Part shown: positions 8,411-17,663 of the stretch, piece after piece | How positions within the stretch are numbered: the first letter of the stretch is position 1 | Layout: the number at the start of each line of letters is the position of its first letter | NCBI GenBank assembly: GCA_965195345.1 | Contig: OZ239628.1 | Span: 1,376,001-1,440,000 of the forward strand | Direction: 5' to 3' | Origin: an uncultured Thiomicrospira sp. | GTDB taxonomy: Bacteria; Pseudomonadota; Gammaproteobacteria; CAKMZV01 | Length of the DNA stretch: 64,000 nucleotides | The notes under the pieces: generated by a model | What the model saw: only the letters and a program-made list of their open reading frames with translations | The model's database searches: none | Told to the model about the DNA's origin: nothing | Program-made: the position numbers and the translations under genes

Positions 8411-9119
8411 ATCATTCCTCCCTAAACGTTTTCCCCACTGACACCATAAACAAAATATCTATGATCTGCTACTTTCTGTGCTGTATGATATCTAGTATTA
8501 ACTATTACACTTAAATTGTACTATTATTGTGGTATTTTTCAAATGAAATTGACCTTCATTTCATAAGGTTCTTACCTGCACCTTTAGAATTTATTGACTG
8601 CAGGTATCTTTATGGTTGAAAGAACACTTGAGAAGATTAGCATAATTAAAACTAAAAAATCTTATTGTGACTAGGCAAGATGACCTTCTCCTTAAAAACA
8701 GTATCAATCAAAAGCAGAGAATTCTGGCAAAATCATTACCTAATTTATATAAGCAGGATAATTGTCATGAAGAAAACACAGTTGTATTCTCTTGTTCTAT
8801 TTTTAATTGTCTTGGTGCGTAAACAATACTCTTAGCTATCCCAGAAAATACGAATCTTCCTAGAATGAGCTATTCAGACGATTAAGAAAAAGTCATAATC
8901 TGGTATTTATGCAAGGCAGAATCTCTCACTGCCCTTAATAGTTGAAGTATCAAACTTAAAATCATAATATAATATCCATGAAAGGTACTGGGGCAATCGT
9001 ATCTTACCTGAAATTTAATGGCTGAGGTAAGCTTAATAAACGTGTTAAATTTAAAATACTATAAAAGACTTTCCCTCAAAGTAAGCCTTTAACTAAAACT
9101 CCGATTAAATGGGAGCGAT

Positions 9120-10229
9120 ATGAATTCAATTGTAAGTATAAGCAATCATCCTTTACAGATTCAAGTATTAACAATACTGGAAAACAACATTGAAAAGTTG
9201 GTAATGGATCTGGAAGATATTATTGAAAAAAAAGCAGATCTAATAAATCAAATCATTATTCTCAAATTATCTGGTGATTTGAAATTATCCATCCCTGATA
9301 TGGCTGTGCTTCTTGACACTCTGCAAGAAATGGAAATATTTGTCGCAGGTATCATTAGTTCAGATAAAAAACTCCGTGAATTTGCTCACTACAGTGGGCT
9401 TAAGTCAATGAATTATCTCCCTTCTCTTAATACTCAAGAAGAAAATAATAATGACTTTAATGCTGGTTTAGATAGCACAAAAATAGAACCTACAAACCAA
9501 GCATCACCTCCCAAAACACCTACACCAAGTGACGATGCCAAAAATATTTTCGATAACAATGGTGTAGAGGATTCTTCACAAAGTGCCGTAGGCAACAATG
9601 CTGACATAGATGGTTCTTCACAAGGCGCCGTAGATAATAATTCTCAATCACCTAACGTGCATGAGCCAACTGAGGAAAGCCATTCAAAAACAAAAGACTC
9701 AGAAAAAGCGACCCCACAAACCATCATAGTACGTCAACCTGTTAAAACAGGACAACGTATTCGTAATGAAAAAGGCGATTTGGTTATTCTTGGCCCAGTT
9801 GAAAAAGGGGCTATTGTTGCTGCTGCTGGGGATGTGATGATTCATTCTATATGCGAAGGAGTTGTTCTTGCTGGCATTAACGGCAATGCCGACTCGTCAA
9901 TTTATACCAATCAATTGCTTGCAGAAGCCATTGCAATCGGCAGTTATTTTGCAAAGAAAGACCAATATAGTAATGTTCGCAAAGATTTACCCTTGAAAAT
10001 AAGCCTAAATGGCAGTCAGTTAAATTTCACTGGTTTAAATAAGCAACTCACCCCTCCTCTTGAAAAGGAAACCTCTAAAGTTAGCACCCCTGAACCGATT
10101 ACTGATCAACAATCAAACCAAAATCCACATTGGTCCAACCAACAAGCTCCCGTTGCACAACCACATTCAACAAACAGTTCGTGGCAAGAGCCAAGAATAT
10201 CACCGATAACAGAAAATCAAACATTATAA
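9120..10229 (+). CDS. minC: Divergent septum site-determining protein MinC with long low-complexity linker and tail
   Basis: C-terminal beta-helix IVRQPVKTGQRI..EKGDLVILGPVEKGAIVAAAGDV...VLAGINGN; no adjacent minD/minE. Confidence 0.7.
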   Translation: MNSIVSISNHPLQIQVLTILENNIEKLVMDLEDIIEKKADLINQIIILKLSGDLKLSIPDMAVLLDTLQEMEIFVAGIISSDKKLREFAHYSGLKSMNYLPSLNTQEENNNDFNAGLDSTKIEPTNQASPPKTPTPSDDAKNIFDNNGVEDSSQSAVGNNADIDGSSQGAVDNNSQSPNVHEPTEESHSKTKDSEKATPQTIIVRQPVKTGQRIRNEKGDLVILGPVEKGAIVAAAGDVMIHSICEGVVLAGINGNADSSIYTNQLLAEAIAIGSYFAKKDQYSNVRKDLPLKISLNGSQLNFTGLNKQLTPPLEKETSKVSTPEPITDQQSNQNPHWSNQQAPVAQPHSTNSSWQEPRISPITENQTL

Positions 10230-10240
10230 AAAAATAAACG

Positions 10241-12130
10241 ATGCTACAAACAATAAGAAATTCTTCTAAAAGATGGGCTTGGATAGTAGTCGCACTCATC
10301 AGTCTACCTTTTGCTCTTTGGGGAGTTGAGCGATTTCAAACCAATGACACCCATGAAATAATTACTACTGTGGGTGAACGTGATATCACTCGAGCTATTT
10401 ATTCTCAATCTTACTTCACTCAAAAAAGACGTTTGCAAGATGATTTAGGAGACGAGTACGAAACACGCGTTGACGATGTAAAACTACAACAGCAAGTATT
10501 TCAGAGATTAATTCTCTCGGCTTTAGTTGAATCCTACGCTAAAGAAAGTGGATTTGCAATAAGCGACAAAATGCTTGCAGATTCCATTCGCTCTCAATCC
10601 GCTCTTTTAGACGCTTCTGGTAATTTTGATGTTGAGAAGTACAAGCTTTTTTTGAATTTGAATGGATTTACTCCTGCTGTTTATGAAGAACAATTGCGTT
10701 GGCAAGGTCTAAGTAACCAATTGACTGACGCTTATGTTCGGAGCAATTTTATTACCGATGGAGAAGTAGAGTCATTCAAAGAATTATCTTCGCACGAAAG
10801 AGAGGTTGCTTGGGTTACACTTCCATGGTCGCAAGTTGCAAATGAAATCACTGTCAGTGAAGAAGAAATAGCTTCATTCTACGAGAAAAATCAACAAGCC
10901 TTTAGCGTCCCCGAAGAAATAAAAATTGAATATATTGCGCTTGAAGTAGATGACTTGATTGACTCCATACAAGCCTCTGATGAGGATGTTGAAAACTTTT
11001 ACGATGAAAATAAGAATCAGTTTCTAAAAGAAGAACGTCGTCACATCCGACATATACTATTCAATTTAGGGGATTTAGATGCCGCACAAAATGTACTGGC
11101 CGAAATTAAAAACGGTGCAGATTTTGAAGCATTGGCCAGAGAATATTCAATCGATACTGTGTCAAGTAAAGACGGAGGAGACTTAGGAACGTTTTCTCGC
11201 GGTGTTATGGTTGCACCATTTGAAGAATCTGCTTTTAGCCTTGATGAAGGAGAAATTTCTGGATTGGTTGAAACTCAATTTGGCTATCACATCATTAAAG
11301 TGGTTGATATTGAAGAATCTGAAATTGAACCGCTCGTGATAATTTTTGATGAAGTTAAGCGTGCCTATCAACGCGATGAAGCATTAGCTCGATTTTTTGA
11401 ATTACAAGATACTTTAGCAACGACTGGGTATGAAAATCCAACCGCTCTCAGTGTTGCTTCAGAGGCTACAGGGTTAATAGTTAATACTTCAGAGTGGTTC
11501 TCATCCAATTCTGGAACGGGCATAGCTAGAAACAAGAATATTAGAGAAAGTGCTTTTAGTAAAAATGTGAAAATTGACGGTAACAATAGCGACATAATTG
11601 AAATTACTCCAGAACATGTGGCTATGATTCGTAAAAAAGAAGTTGCAGCAGCATACGTTAAACCACTTGCAGAGGTCGAAGAAAGTATTCGCACCTCACT
11701 ACTTAGAGAAAAATCCACCAATTTACTTTTAGAAAGAACACAACAAGACATCAAATCTTTAACTGAGAAAAATGTCACTTGGGAAGAAGTTTTAGCAAAA
11801 TATGAAATATCAACAGGAAGCGTGACCTTTACTTGGAAAGATGGCAATCCAGTAGGAAATGACCTTGAAGACAAAGTTACCGAATTGTTATTTAATATGT
11901 TACGCTCTTACTCTGCTTCCCAAATTCAATATAATGTCGCAGAATCCAGCTTGGGAGATATACTAATACTGGCAAACCGAAACTCCAGATCACCTTTAGA
12001 AAGCAGTGATTCGACAGAAGAAGTTGTTGAACTTCTTTTTAACTTTCAACAACAAAACGAACAGGTCTCGATATTTCAATTTCTTCAGGAAAAATACGAC
12101 ATTAATAACATTGACACATCTCGACTATAG
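10241..12130 (+). CDS. ppiD: Periplasmic chaperone / parvulin PPIase PpiD
   Basis: N-terminal TM, SurA-like N-domain, RHIRHIL..FEALAREYSID..S..GGDLG..MVAPFEESAF..VETQFGYHIIK. Confidence 0.92.
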   Translation: MLQTIRNSSKRWAWIVVALISLPFALWGVERFQTNDTHEIITTVGERDITRAIYSQSYFTQKRRLQDDLGDEYETRVDDVKLQQQVFQRLILSALVESYAKESGFAISDKMLADSIRSQSALLDASGNFDVEKYKLFLNLNGFTPAVYEEQLRWQGLSNQLTDAYVRSNFITDGEVESFKELSSHEREVAWVTLPWSQVANEITVSEEEIASFYEKNQQAFSVPEEIKIEYIALEVDDLIDSIQASDEDVENFYDENKNQFLKEERRHIRHILFNLGDLDAAQNVLAEIKNGADFEALAREYSIDTVSSKDGGDLGTFSRGVMVAPFEESAFSLDEGEISGLVETQFGYHIIKVVDIEESEIEPLVIIFDEVKRAYQRDEALARFFELQDTLATTGYENPTALSVASEATGLIVNTSEWFSSNSGTGIARNKNIRESAFSKNVKIDGNNSDIIEITPEHVAMIRKKEVAAAYVKPLAEVEESIRTSLLREKSTNLLLERTQQDIKSLTEKNVTWEEVLAKYEISTGSVTFTWKDGNPVGNDLEDKVTELLFNMLRSYSASQIQYNVAESSLGDILILANRNSRSPLESSDSTEEVVELLFNFQQQNEQVSIFQFLQEKYDINNIDTSRL

Positions 12131-12138
12131 GAGTCATC

Positions 12139-12723
12139 ATGGAACACACTTTACCAAAAATTAGTTACGAATACGGTGATCTAGCCCCAATAATTGGGAA
12201 AGAAACAATGGAATTACACCATAGTAAGCATCATCAAACCTATGTTGATAATTTAAACAAACTGATACCAGGCACAGAATATGAAAATATGACGCTTGAG
12301 CAGATTGTACAAAAAGCACCAGCTGGTGGCATTTTCAACAACGCAGCGCAACATTGGAACCACTGCCAATTCTGGGAAATGATTGCTCCAAATGGCAGCA
12401 ATGAACCAACTGGAAAACTAGCAGATGCCATTTGTGCATTAAGCGGCACATTCGAAGATTTCAAAAGTCAATTTGAAACGACTGGTGCAACAACTTTTGG
12501 TTCGGGATGGGCGTGGCTTGCTCAAGAAAGCGATGGAACACTATGTCTAATGAGTTGTTCTAACGCAGACAACCCTCTTAAACACGGCAAGAATACGCTA
12601 TTAGGTGTTGATGTGTGGGAGCATGCTTATTATGTTGACTATAGAAATCGTCGCCCTGAATATTTGAAAAATTTTTGGAAGGTTGTCAATTGGGATAATG
12701 TAAGCCAACGTTTTAATGGTTAG
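12139..12723 (+). CDS. sodB: Fe superoxide dismutase
   Basis: HHSKHHQTY, NAAQHWNH (Fe type), DVWEHAYY. Confidence 0.95.
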   Translation: MEHTLPKISYEYGDLAPIIGKETMELHHSKHHQTYVDNLNKLIPGTEYENMTLEQIVQKAPAGGIFNNAAQHWNHCQFWEMIAPNGSNEPTGKLADAICALSGTFEDFKSQFETTGATTFGSGWAWLAQESDGTLCLMSCSNADNPLKHGKNTLLGVDVWEHAYYVDYRNRRPEYLKNFWKVVNWDNVSQRFNG

Positions 12724-12732
12724 GAACCACAC

Positions 12733-13650
12733 ATGGATCCTCTCGACCACAGAGTAAATCAGCAAGCACTTGAACTTGCAAATGAAATTTTGCAAGAGAA
12801 TAAACGAAATAGAAGAGCGCGATGGTTGGGGCGCGCCTTTTGGGTTGTTCTATTCGTTTCTATAGCAATTTTTCTTAATTCAAAAGAAAATAATGTGGTG
12901 TCTGAACCGCATATTGCAGTGGTTGATTTGATTGGTCCAATGCTCTCTGGAACGCAAGCAAGCTCAGAAGCGGTTATTCCCGTTATGAGACAGGCTTTTG
13001 AAAATCCAAACAGCAAAGCAGTTTTTTTCAATGCAAACTCTCCTGGTGGTTCTCCTGTCCAAGCCTCTCGAATCAATAAAGCGCTTATCAGGTTAAAAGA
13101 AGAATATAACAAGCCAGTTTATTCAGTCATTTCAGATTTGTGTGCATCCGCCTGCTATTATGCAATAGCCCACAGCGATAAAATTTTTGCTGATTCCGTA
13201 AGCCTTGTGGGTTCAATAGGTGTTCGTTTGGAAAGTTATGATTTAAGAGAATTGGCAAACAAAGTTGGTGTTAAGCAACGTTTGTACACTTCAGGAAAAT
13301 ACAAAGCACTTATCAATCCTTTTTCTAATGTTCCAGTAGAAGTAGAGGAACATTTGCAAGCAGTTATTGATGAGACACATCAAGAGTTCATAAGTGTTGT
13401 TAAATCAGGACGTCAAAACAAACTTACTGATGATCCATTGCTTTTTAGCGGATTAATTTGGGGAGGTAGTGAAGCATTACAACTTGGTCTGATTGATACC
13501 ATCGGTGATTCGTATAAAGCTGCTGGTGATTTCAAGCCAATAACATTGATCAATTACACACCAAAAGAATCCATTCTTGAAAGATTTCTTGATGCTTTTG
13601 AAAACATTATTCTACTTACACAAAGTAGCCAACAAATACAACTGCGTTAA
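12733..13650 (+). CDS. sppA: S49 family signal peptide peptidase (SppA-like)
   Basis: NSPGGSPV, CASACYY, SLVGSIGV, SGKYK. Confidence 0.88.
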   Translation: MDPLDHRVNQQALELANEILQENKRNRRARWLGRAFWVVLFVSIAIFLNSKENNVVSEPHIAVVDLIGPMLSGTQASSEAVIPVMRQAFENPNSKAVFFNANSPGGSPVQASRINKALIRLKEEYNKPVYSVISDLCASACYYAIAHSDKIFADSVSLVGSIGVRLESYDLRELANKVGVKQRLYTSGKYKALINPFSNVPVEVEEHLQAVIDETHQEFISVVKSGRQNKLTDDPLLFSGLIWGGSEALQLGLIDTIGDSYKAAGDFKPITLINYTPKESILERFLDAFENIILLTQSSQQIQLR

Positions 13651-13743
13651 TCACTGTATCAATAAATTCATAGTTCGTTATTTTCATTACGCTTCATGTC
13701 CCATCACAACATTTTTTATTATTTTTCTTAAACCAGTATCCCT

Positions 13744-14844
13744 ATGAAAGTTATCGTAGGTCTTTCAGGAGGAGTAGATTCTTCAGTAACAGCCTTGCTC
13801 CTTAAAAATCAAGGATATGATGTTGAAGGGCTCTTCATGAAAAATTGGGAAGATGAAGAAAATTTAGACTGCCCTGTAGCACAAGATTTAAGGGATGTGA
13901 TGCAAGTTTGTGAGATTATAGATATTCCTTTGCATGTGGAAAATTTTGCTTCAGAATACCGCAGTCAAGTATTCAGTCATTTCATATCAGAATACGAAAA
14001 AGGTCGAACTCCAAACCCAGATATACTCTGCAATAAAGAAATCAAATTTCGAGTGTTCCTTGATCATGCCAAATCACTAGGTGCGGATTTTATTGCCACA
14101 GGTCATTATGCGGGCATAAATAAACTCAACTCAACATATCATTTATGTGTTGCCAGCGATGATAGCAAAGACCAAACTTACTTCCTCTATGCATTAGGCC
14201 AGTACCAACTTGAGAATAGCTTATTCCCTCTGCATCATTGGCAAAAAAAAGATGTGCGCGCATTCGCAGAAAAAAATAAATTACCCGTGTATGGGAAAAA
14301 AGACAGCACTGGGATCTGTTTTATTGGTGCAAAATCTTTTAAGAGCTTTCTCAATAAATATATTCAAGGAAAACAAGGAGATATTGTTGACACAAATGGT
14401 AACATTTTAGGTCAACATCATGGACTGATTTTTCATACGATCGGACAGAGAAAAGGTTTAGAGATAGGAGGAATTAAAGATCACGATGGCAGTCCTTGGT
14501 ATGTATATAAAAAAGATGCAGCTACAAATACGCTATACGTTGCACCTAAAAATCACCAATGCCACTATCATAAAATCGTATTTACAGAGCAAATATCTTG
14601 GGTAAATGCCCCGCCTAGTGTAGATACTCAGCTGCAAGCACGCCTGCGTCATCAGCAACCCTTGCAGAAATGTTTTATAAAAGAAATTAATAACGAATCG
14701 TTCGTATTAGAGTTTTTAGAATATCAATGGGCAATAAGCCCTGGGCAATCCGTTGTTTTATACGATAATGGCTACTGTATAGGTGGAGGCGTGATAGCAT
14801 CCAAATCTTATCAAGCATTGAATAAACACTCAAAAGGAGAATAA
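13744..14844 (+). CDS. mnmA: tRNA-specific 2-thiouridylase
   Basis: SGGVDSS, TPNPDILCNKEIKF, ATGHY, KDQTYFL, KKDSTGICFIG. Confidence 0.97.
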   Translation: MKVIVGLSGGVDSSVTALLLKNQGYDVEGLFMKNWEDEENLDCPVAQDLRDVMQVCEIIDIPLHVENFASEYRSQVFSHFISEYEKGRTPNPDILCNKEIKFRVFLDHAKSLGADFIATGHYAGINKLNSTYHLCVASDDSKDQTYFLYALGQYQLENSLFPLHHWQKKDVRAFAEKNKLPVYGKKDSTGICFIGAKSFKSFLNKYIQGKQGDIVDTNGNILGQHHGLIFHTIGQRKGLEIGGIKDHDGSPWYVYKKDAATNTLYVAPKNHQCHYHKIVFTEQISWVNAPPSVDTQLQARLRHQQPLQKCFIKEINNESFVLEFLEYQWAISPGQSVVLYDNGYCIGGGVIASKSYQALNKHSKGE

Positions 14845-14845
14845 A

Positions 14846-15166
14846 GTGCCAAAGGTCATATATATAGATGATGGTGGAAGCCGCGAAGAAGTTGAGCTCA
14901 AAAACAACACCAGTGTTATGGAAGGTGCCGTTCGGAACGGCATAGATGGCATAGTAGCTGAATGCGGCGGATGTTGTTCATGCGCCACTTGCCACGTTTA
15001 TGTTGATGAAGCTTGGGTAGGAAAAACAGGAGTGCCGAGTTCGTTAGAAGATGAAATGCTTGAATGTACGGAGTCAGAGCGTAGAGCAAATTCAAGATTG
15101 AGTTGTCAATTGAAAGTCTCAGACGAACTAGATGGGTTAATAGTGCATACTCCACCGGCTCAGTAA
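14846..15166 (+). CDS. [2Fe-2S] ferredoxin, adrenodoxin/putidaredoxin type
   Basis: ECGGCCSCATCHV...SRLSCQ; GTG start with RBS AGGAG. Confidence 0.92.
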   Translation: MPKVIYIDDGGSREEVELKNNTSVMEGAVRNGIDGIVAECGGCCSCATCHVYVDEAWVGKTGVPSSLEDEMLECTESERRANSRLSCQLKVSDELDGLIVHTPPAQ

Positions 15167-15198
15167 AAATAAAACGTCCAAAAAACAGACACCAAAAG

Positions 15199-16500
15199 TT
15201 AAATTTTACTACTTATAATTTCAATGAGTTTGTGGGTTACTCTTCCATTAACTTCTAATTCAAAATTCATTTGAAATTTTCGAACAGCCTTTCTTGTTTT
15301 AGGACCAATAAAGCCGTCAATTGGTCCTGGGTTGTATCCAAGATCACGTAACCTTCTTTGAACCAAACGCACGTTCTCTCTCGTTATTCTTGATTTAACC
15401 GTGCTCGCATTGCTTGATGTTGCTTTTTTGCTGTTGGTTACGTAGACTGCTCCTTTCTTACTTTTATGTTTATCCGTTTTTTTCTTCCCCTCCCCTATCA
15501 CGCGGATATCTAAAGCCTCTTCTGCTCCTCCTTTTGAAATTGCATCAGCTAATAGCCCTACAGCAACCGCATAATTTATTGAATCATTCCAATTGAATAA
15601 CGTGTAAAAGTTATCATACAGAAGAAAAGCTCTGCTTTTTTTACCTTTCAACACAAGTAAAGACGCTTTGATATGCTTATTCCGCAAATCAAGTCTTCTT
15701 CCATCCAAATGCTGCACCCCTTGGTCGTGCCAACGCTTTACAGGTAAAGTAATGTCTAGCCCCGTGCCCGATACATTAAAACCTTTTGGTATTTTAACTT
15801 CCTCACCCCACAAAAGCTGATTTTGCCACCCTTGTCTATTCATAAAGTTAGCAGAAGAATGCATAACATCCGGCAACTCGTTCCAGAGGTCTTTAATTCC
15901 ATTATCATTACCGTCAACAGCATAATCCAAGTAATCGCTTACCGAAAACTGTGGTTGCCCTAAATCCCCTACTAAAGAGCCCTTCATGTCTCTCCAATCA
16001 ATTCCCTCTCTTTCAATTAACTGAAAGGCATCAATCAATCGTTCTTCATATACTTTAGAGGATTGGTGTGAATACGCTAATGATAATAACGCATCGAATA
16101 CTGGCACCTTTCCAAGATGCCTCCCATAATCACTTTCCATCCCCCATAGAGCCACTAAAATATAGGGAGAAACTTTATATTTCTCAGTTACTTCAGAGAG
16201 AAGAGCACGATGCGTCTGAAGTTTCTTAATTCCAGTTGCAATCCGAGTATTCGACAATTGCTTTCTCAAATAAGTCGATAAATCTAAAAATATTTCAGGC
16301 TTCTTTTTACTATATGAAACAACTTTTGCAGTGTATTTGGAATTTTCCAAAACATCACTAACCAGCTGTTTGTTAAGATTTTCGTTTTTGAGTAATTTAA
16401 CTCGCAATAACTCAGTATAGTCGCTAAACCCTGTATCACTGTTCACTAAATTACTCCATAAACCGAAGCAAATAAAAATCAAAAAACTGTATGACTTCAC
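15199..16500 (-). CDS. MltB/SltB-like lytic murein transglycosylase with C-terminal PG-binding domain
   Basis: VALWGMESDYG, YAVDGNDNG..DLW, SSANFM..GW, VQRRLRDLGYNPGPIDGFIGPKTRKAVRKFQ. Confidence 0.88.
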   Translation of the reverse strand: MKSYSFLIFICFGLWSNLVNSDTGFSDYTELLRVKLLKNENLNKQLVSDVLENSKYTAKVVSYSKKKPEIFLDLSTYLRKQLSNTRIATGIKKLQTHRALLSEVTEKYKVSPYILVALWGMESDYGRHLGKVPVFDALLSLAYSHQSSKVYEERLIDAFQLIEREGIDWRDMKGSLVGDLGQPQFSVSDYLDYAVDGNDNGIKDLWNELPDVMHSSANFMNRQGWQNQLLWGEEVKIPKGFNVSGTGLDITLPVKRWHDQGVQHLDGRRLDLRNKHIKASLLVLKGKKSRAFLLYDNFYTLFNWNDSINYAVAVGLLADAISKGGAEEALDIRVIGEGKKKTDKHKSKKGAVYVTNSKKATSSNASTVKSRITRENVRLVQRRLRDLGYNPGPIDGFIGPKTRKAVRKFQMNFELEVNGRVTHKLIEIISSKI

Positions 16501-17663
16501 AATTTTATTAACTGAGGATACTTGTTTTTTAGGTGGTCGAACAGTAGTGCTTTAGCACGTATTGGATTTTCTTGTAAAACAGCTAACAGCATTGCTGCAA
16601 GTAAAATGTCACTGTCTTTACCATCAAAAGTTTCTGCTTTTTTGATGGATTCTTCAGCAATGCCCCACATTTTTTCTCGAGCAGCTAATATTGAATAGGT
16701 AATGTAAAGTTCTGGACTGTTAAAACCTTTCTTTTCTTTGTCTAACCATTTAAGAACTTCAGGAATAGACTGTATTGGAACTCTCTCTAAGCAGTGCAGA
16801 AGGGCAATGTTCCAGTTTTTCTTTAAGCCAGCTAAAATAGGAGCTACAAAGTCGCCTTTCCAGCCCAATCGCCCCCCCTCTTCACAAAAAGATTCTAACA
16901 CTATAGGATGCAATCGCATTTTCCGCGAAATTCCATCCCACGCTGATAGAAAATCTTGTAAATTCTTGCAATCTGAAAGTTGTTGCGCAATCACACGTGC
17001 ACGTAAATCGTCTAACTCATCAGTGGGTAATTTTATTTTACTTCGTTCTAAAACATTTTCAAGTGCAGACCATCTGCCACCATCAACGAATATTTTAGCC
17101 AACCTGCGCCAATGAGAGACATTATGCTCTTTACTTTCAATGTGACTTTGCAAAAGTTGTAGAGCAGGCTCAATTTCTCCACTCTGTTGCAAGCAAATAC
17201 TTTCAATTAAATGAATTTGACTTCTATTTTCTGGATGTTTGTGCAAAGCTCGTTGAACAAGCTCATCTCGTTTTCTATAATCATGAGATTTTTGAGCGAT
17301 TAATATGCTCATAAACAATGCAGGAAGATAGAAGACCCCAGGCTTGATTTGAGTAAATTTATTTAAGGCAGACTCAAGCTCCTCGTTGGCAAATAACACC
17401 AGACCTTCAGAGAAATTTGTGCTTTGTAACCGTATGCGATCATTACTCCATTGTTTACTCAATTGAACGGGCAGCATAATAATCTTAAACAATACCCCCG
17501 TAGCACCTACTATCAATGTGAATATTAACAAGGAAATTCCAAGAGTTGTTTCAACTTTCCAACCTGCCAAGCGTACCTGCAAATACCCCATGTCGCCACT
17601 AATTACAAAGAGAGCACCTAAAAGTGCAATGATAGTGAATGTAAACACAAATATTTTTATCAT
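16497..17663 (-). CDS. hemY: HemY-like membrane/TPR protein
   Basis: GYLQVRLAGWKVETT N-domain with two TMs; position after hemX. Confidence 0.75.
   Translation of the reverse strand: MIKIFVFTFTIIALLGALFVISGDMGYLQVRLAGWKVETTLGISLLIFTLIVGATGVLFKIIMLPVQLSKQWSNDRIRLQSTNFSEGLVLFANEELESALNKFTQIKPGVFYLPALFMSILIAQKSHDYRKRDELVQRALHKHPENRSQIHLIESICLQQSGEIEPALQLLQSHIESKEHNVSHWRRLAKIFVDGGRWSALENVLERSKIKLPTDELDDLRARVIAQQLSDCKNLQDFLSAWDGISRKMRLHPIVLESFCEEGGRLGWKGDFVAPILAGLKKNWNIALLHCLERVPIQSIPEVLKWLDKEKKGFNSPELYITYSILAAREKMWGIAEESIKKAETFDGKDSDILLAAMLLAVLQENPIRAKALLFDHLKNKYPQLIKL

Larger units (their letters stand above)
2964..8427. mobile_element. Integron gene-cassette array with no integrase in the window (CALIN-like), attC sites degenerate
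   Basis: Seven short co-oriented ORFs plus one inverted ORF. Several end in or next to an RYYYAAC-like box, and the spacers end in GGCGTTATAA-like boxes. No tyrosine recombinase ORF nearby. Confidence 0.8.

Noticed and set aside
7124-8514. Plus-strand ORFs (73, 226, 108 and 61 aa) overlapping the 447-aa gene
   Set aside because: Antisense shadows of a GC-richer gene, with no motifs or RBS.
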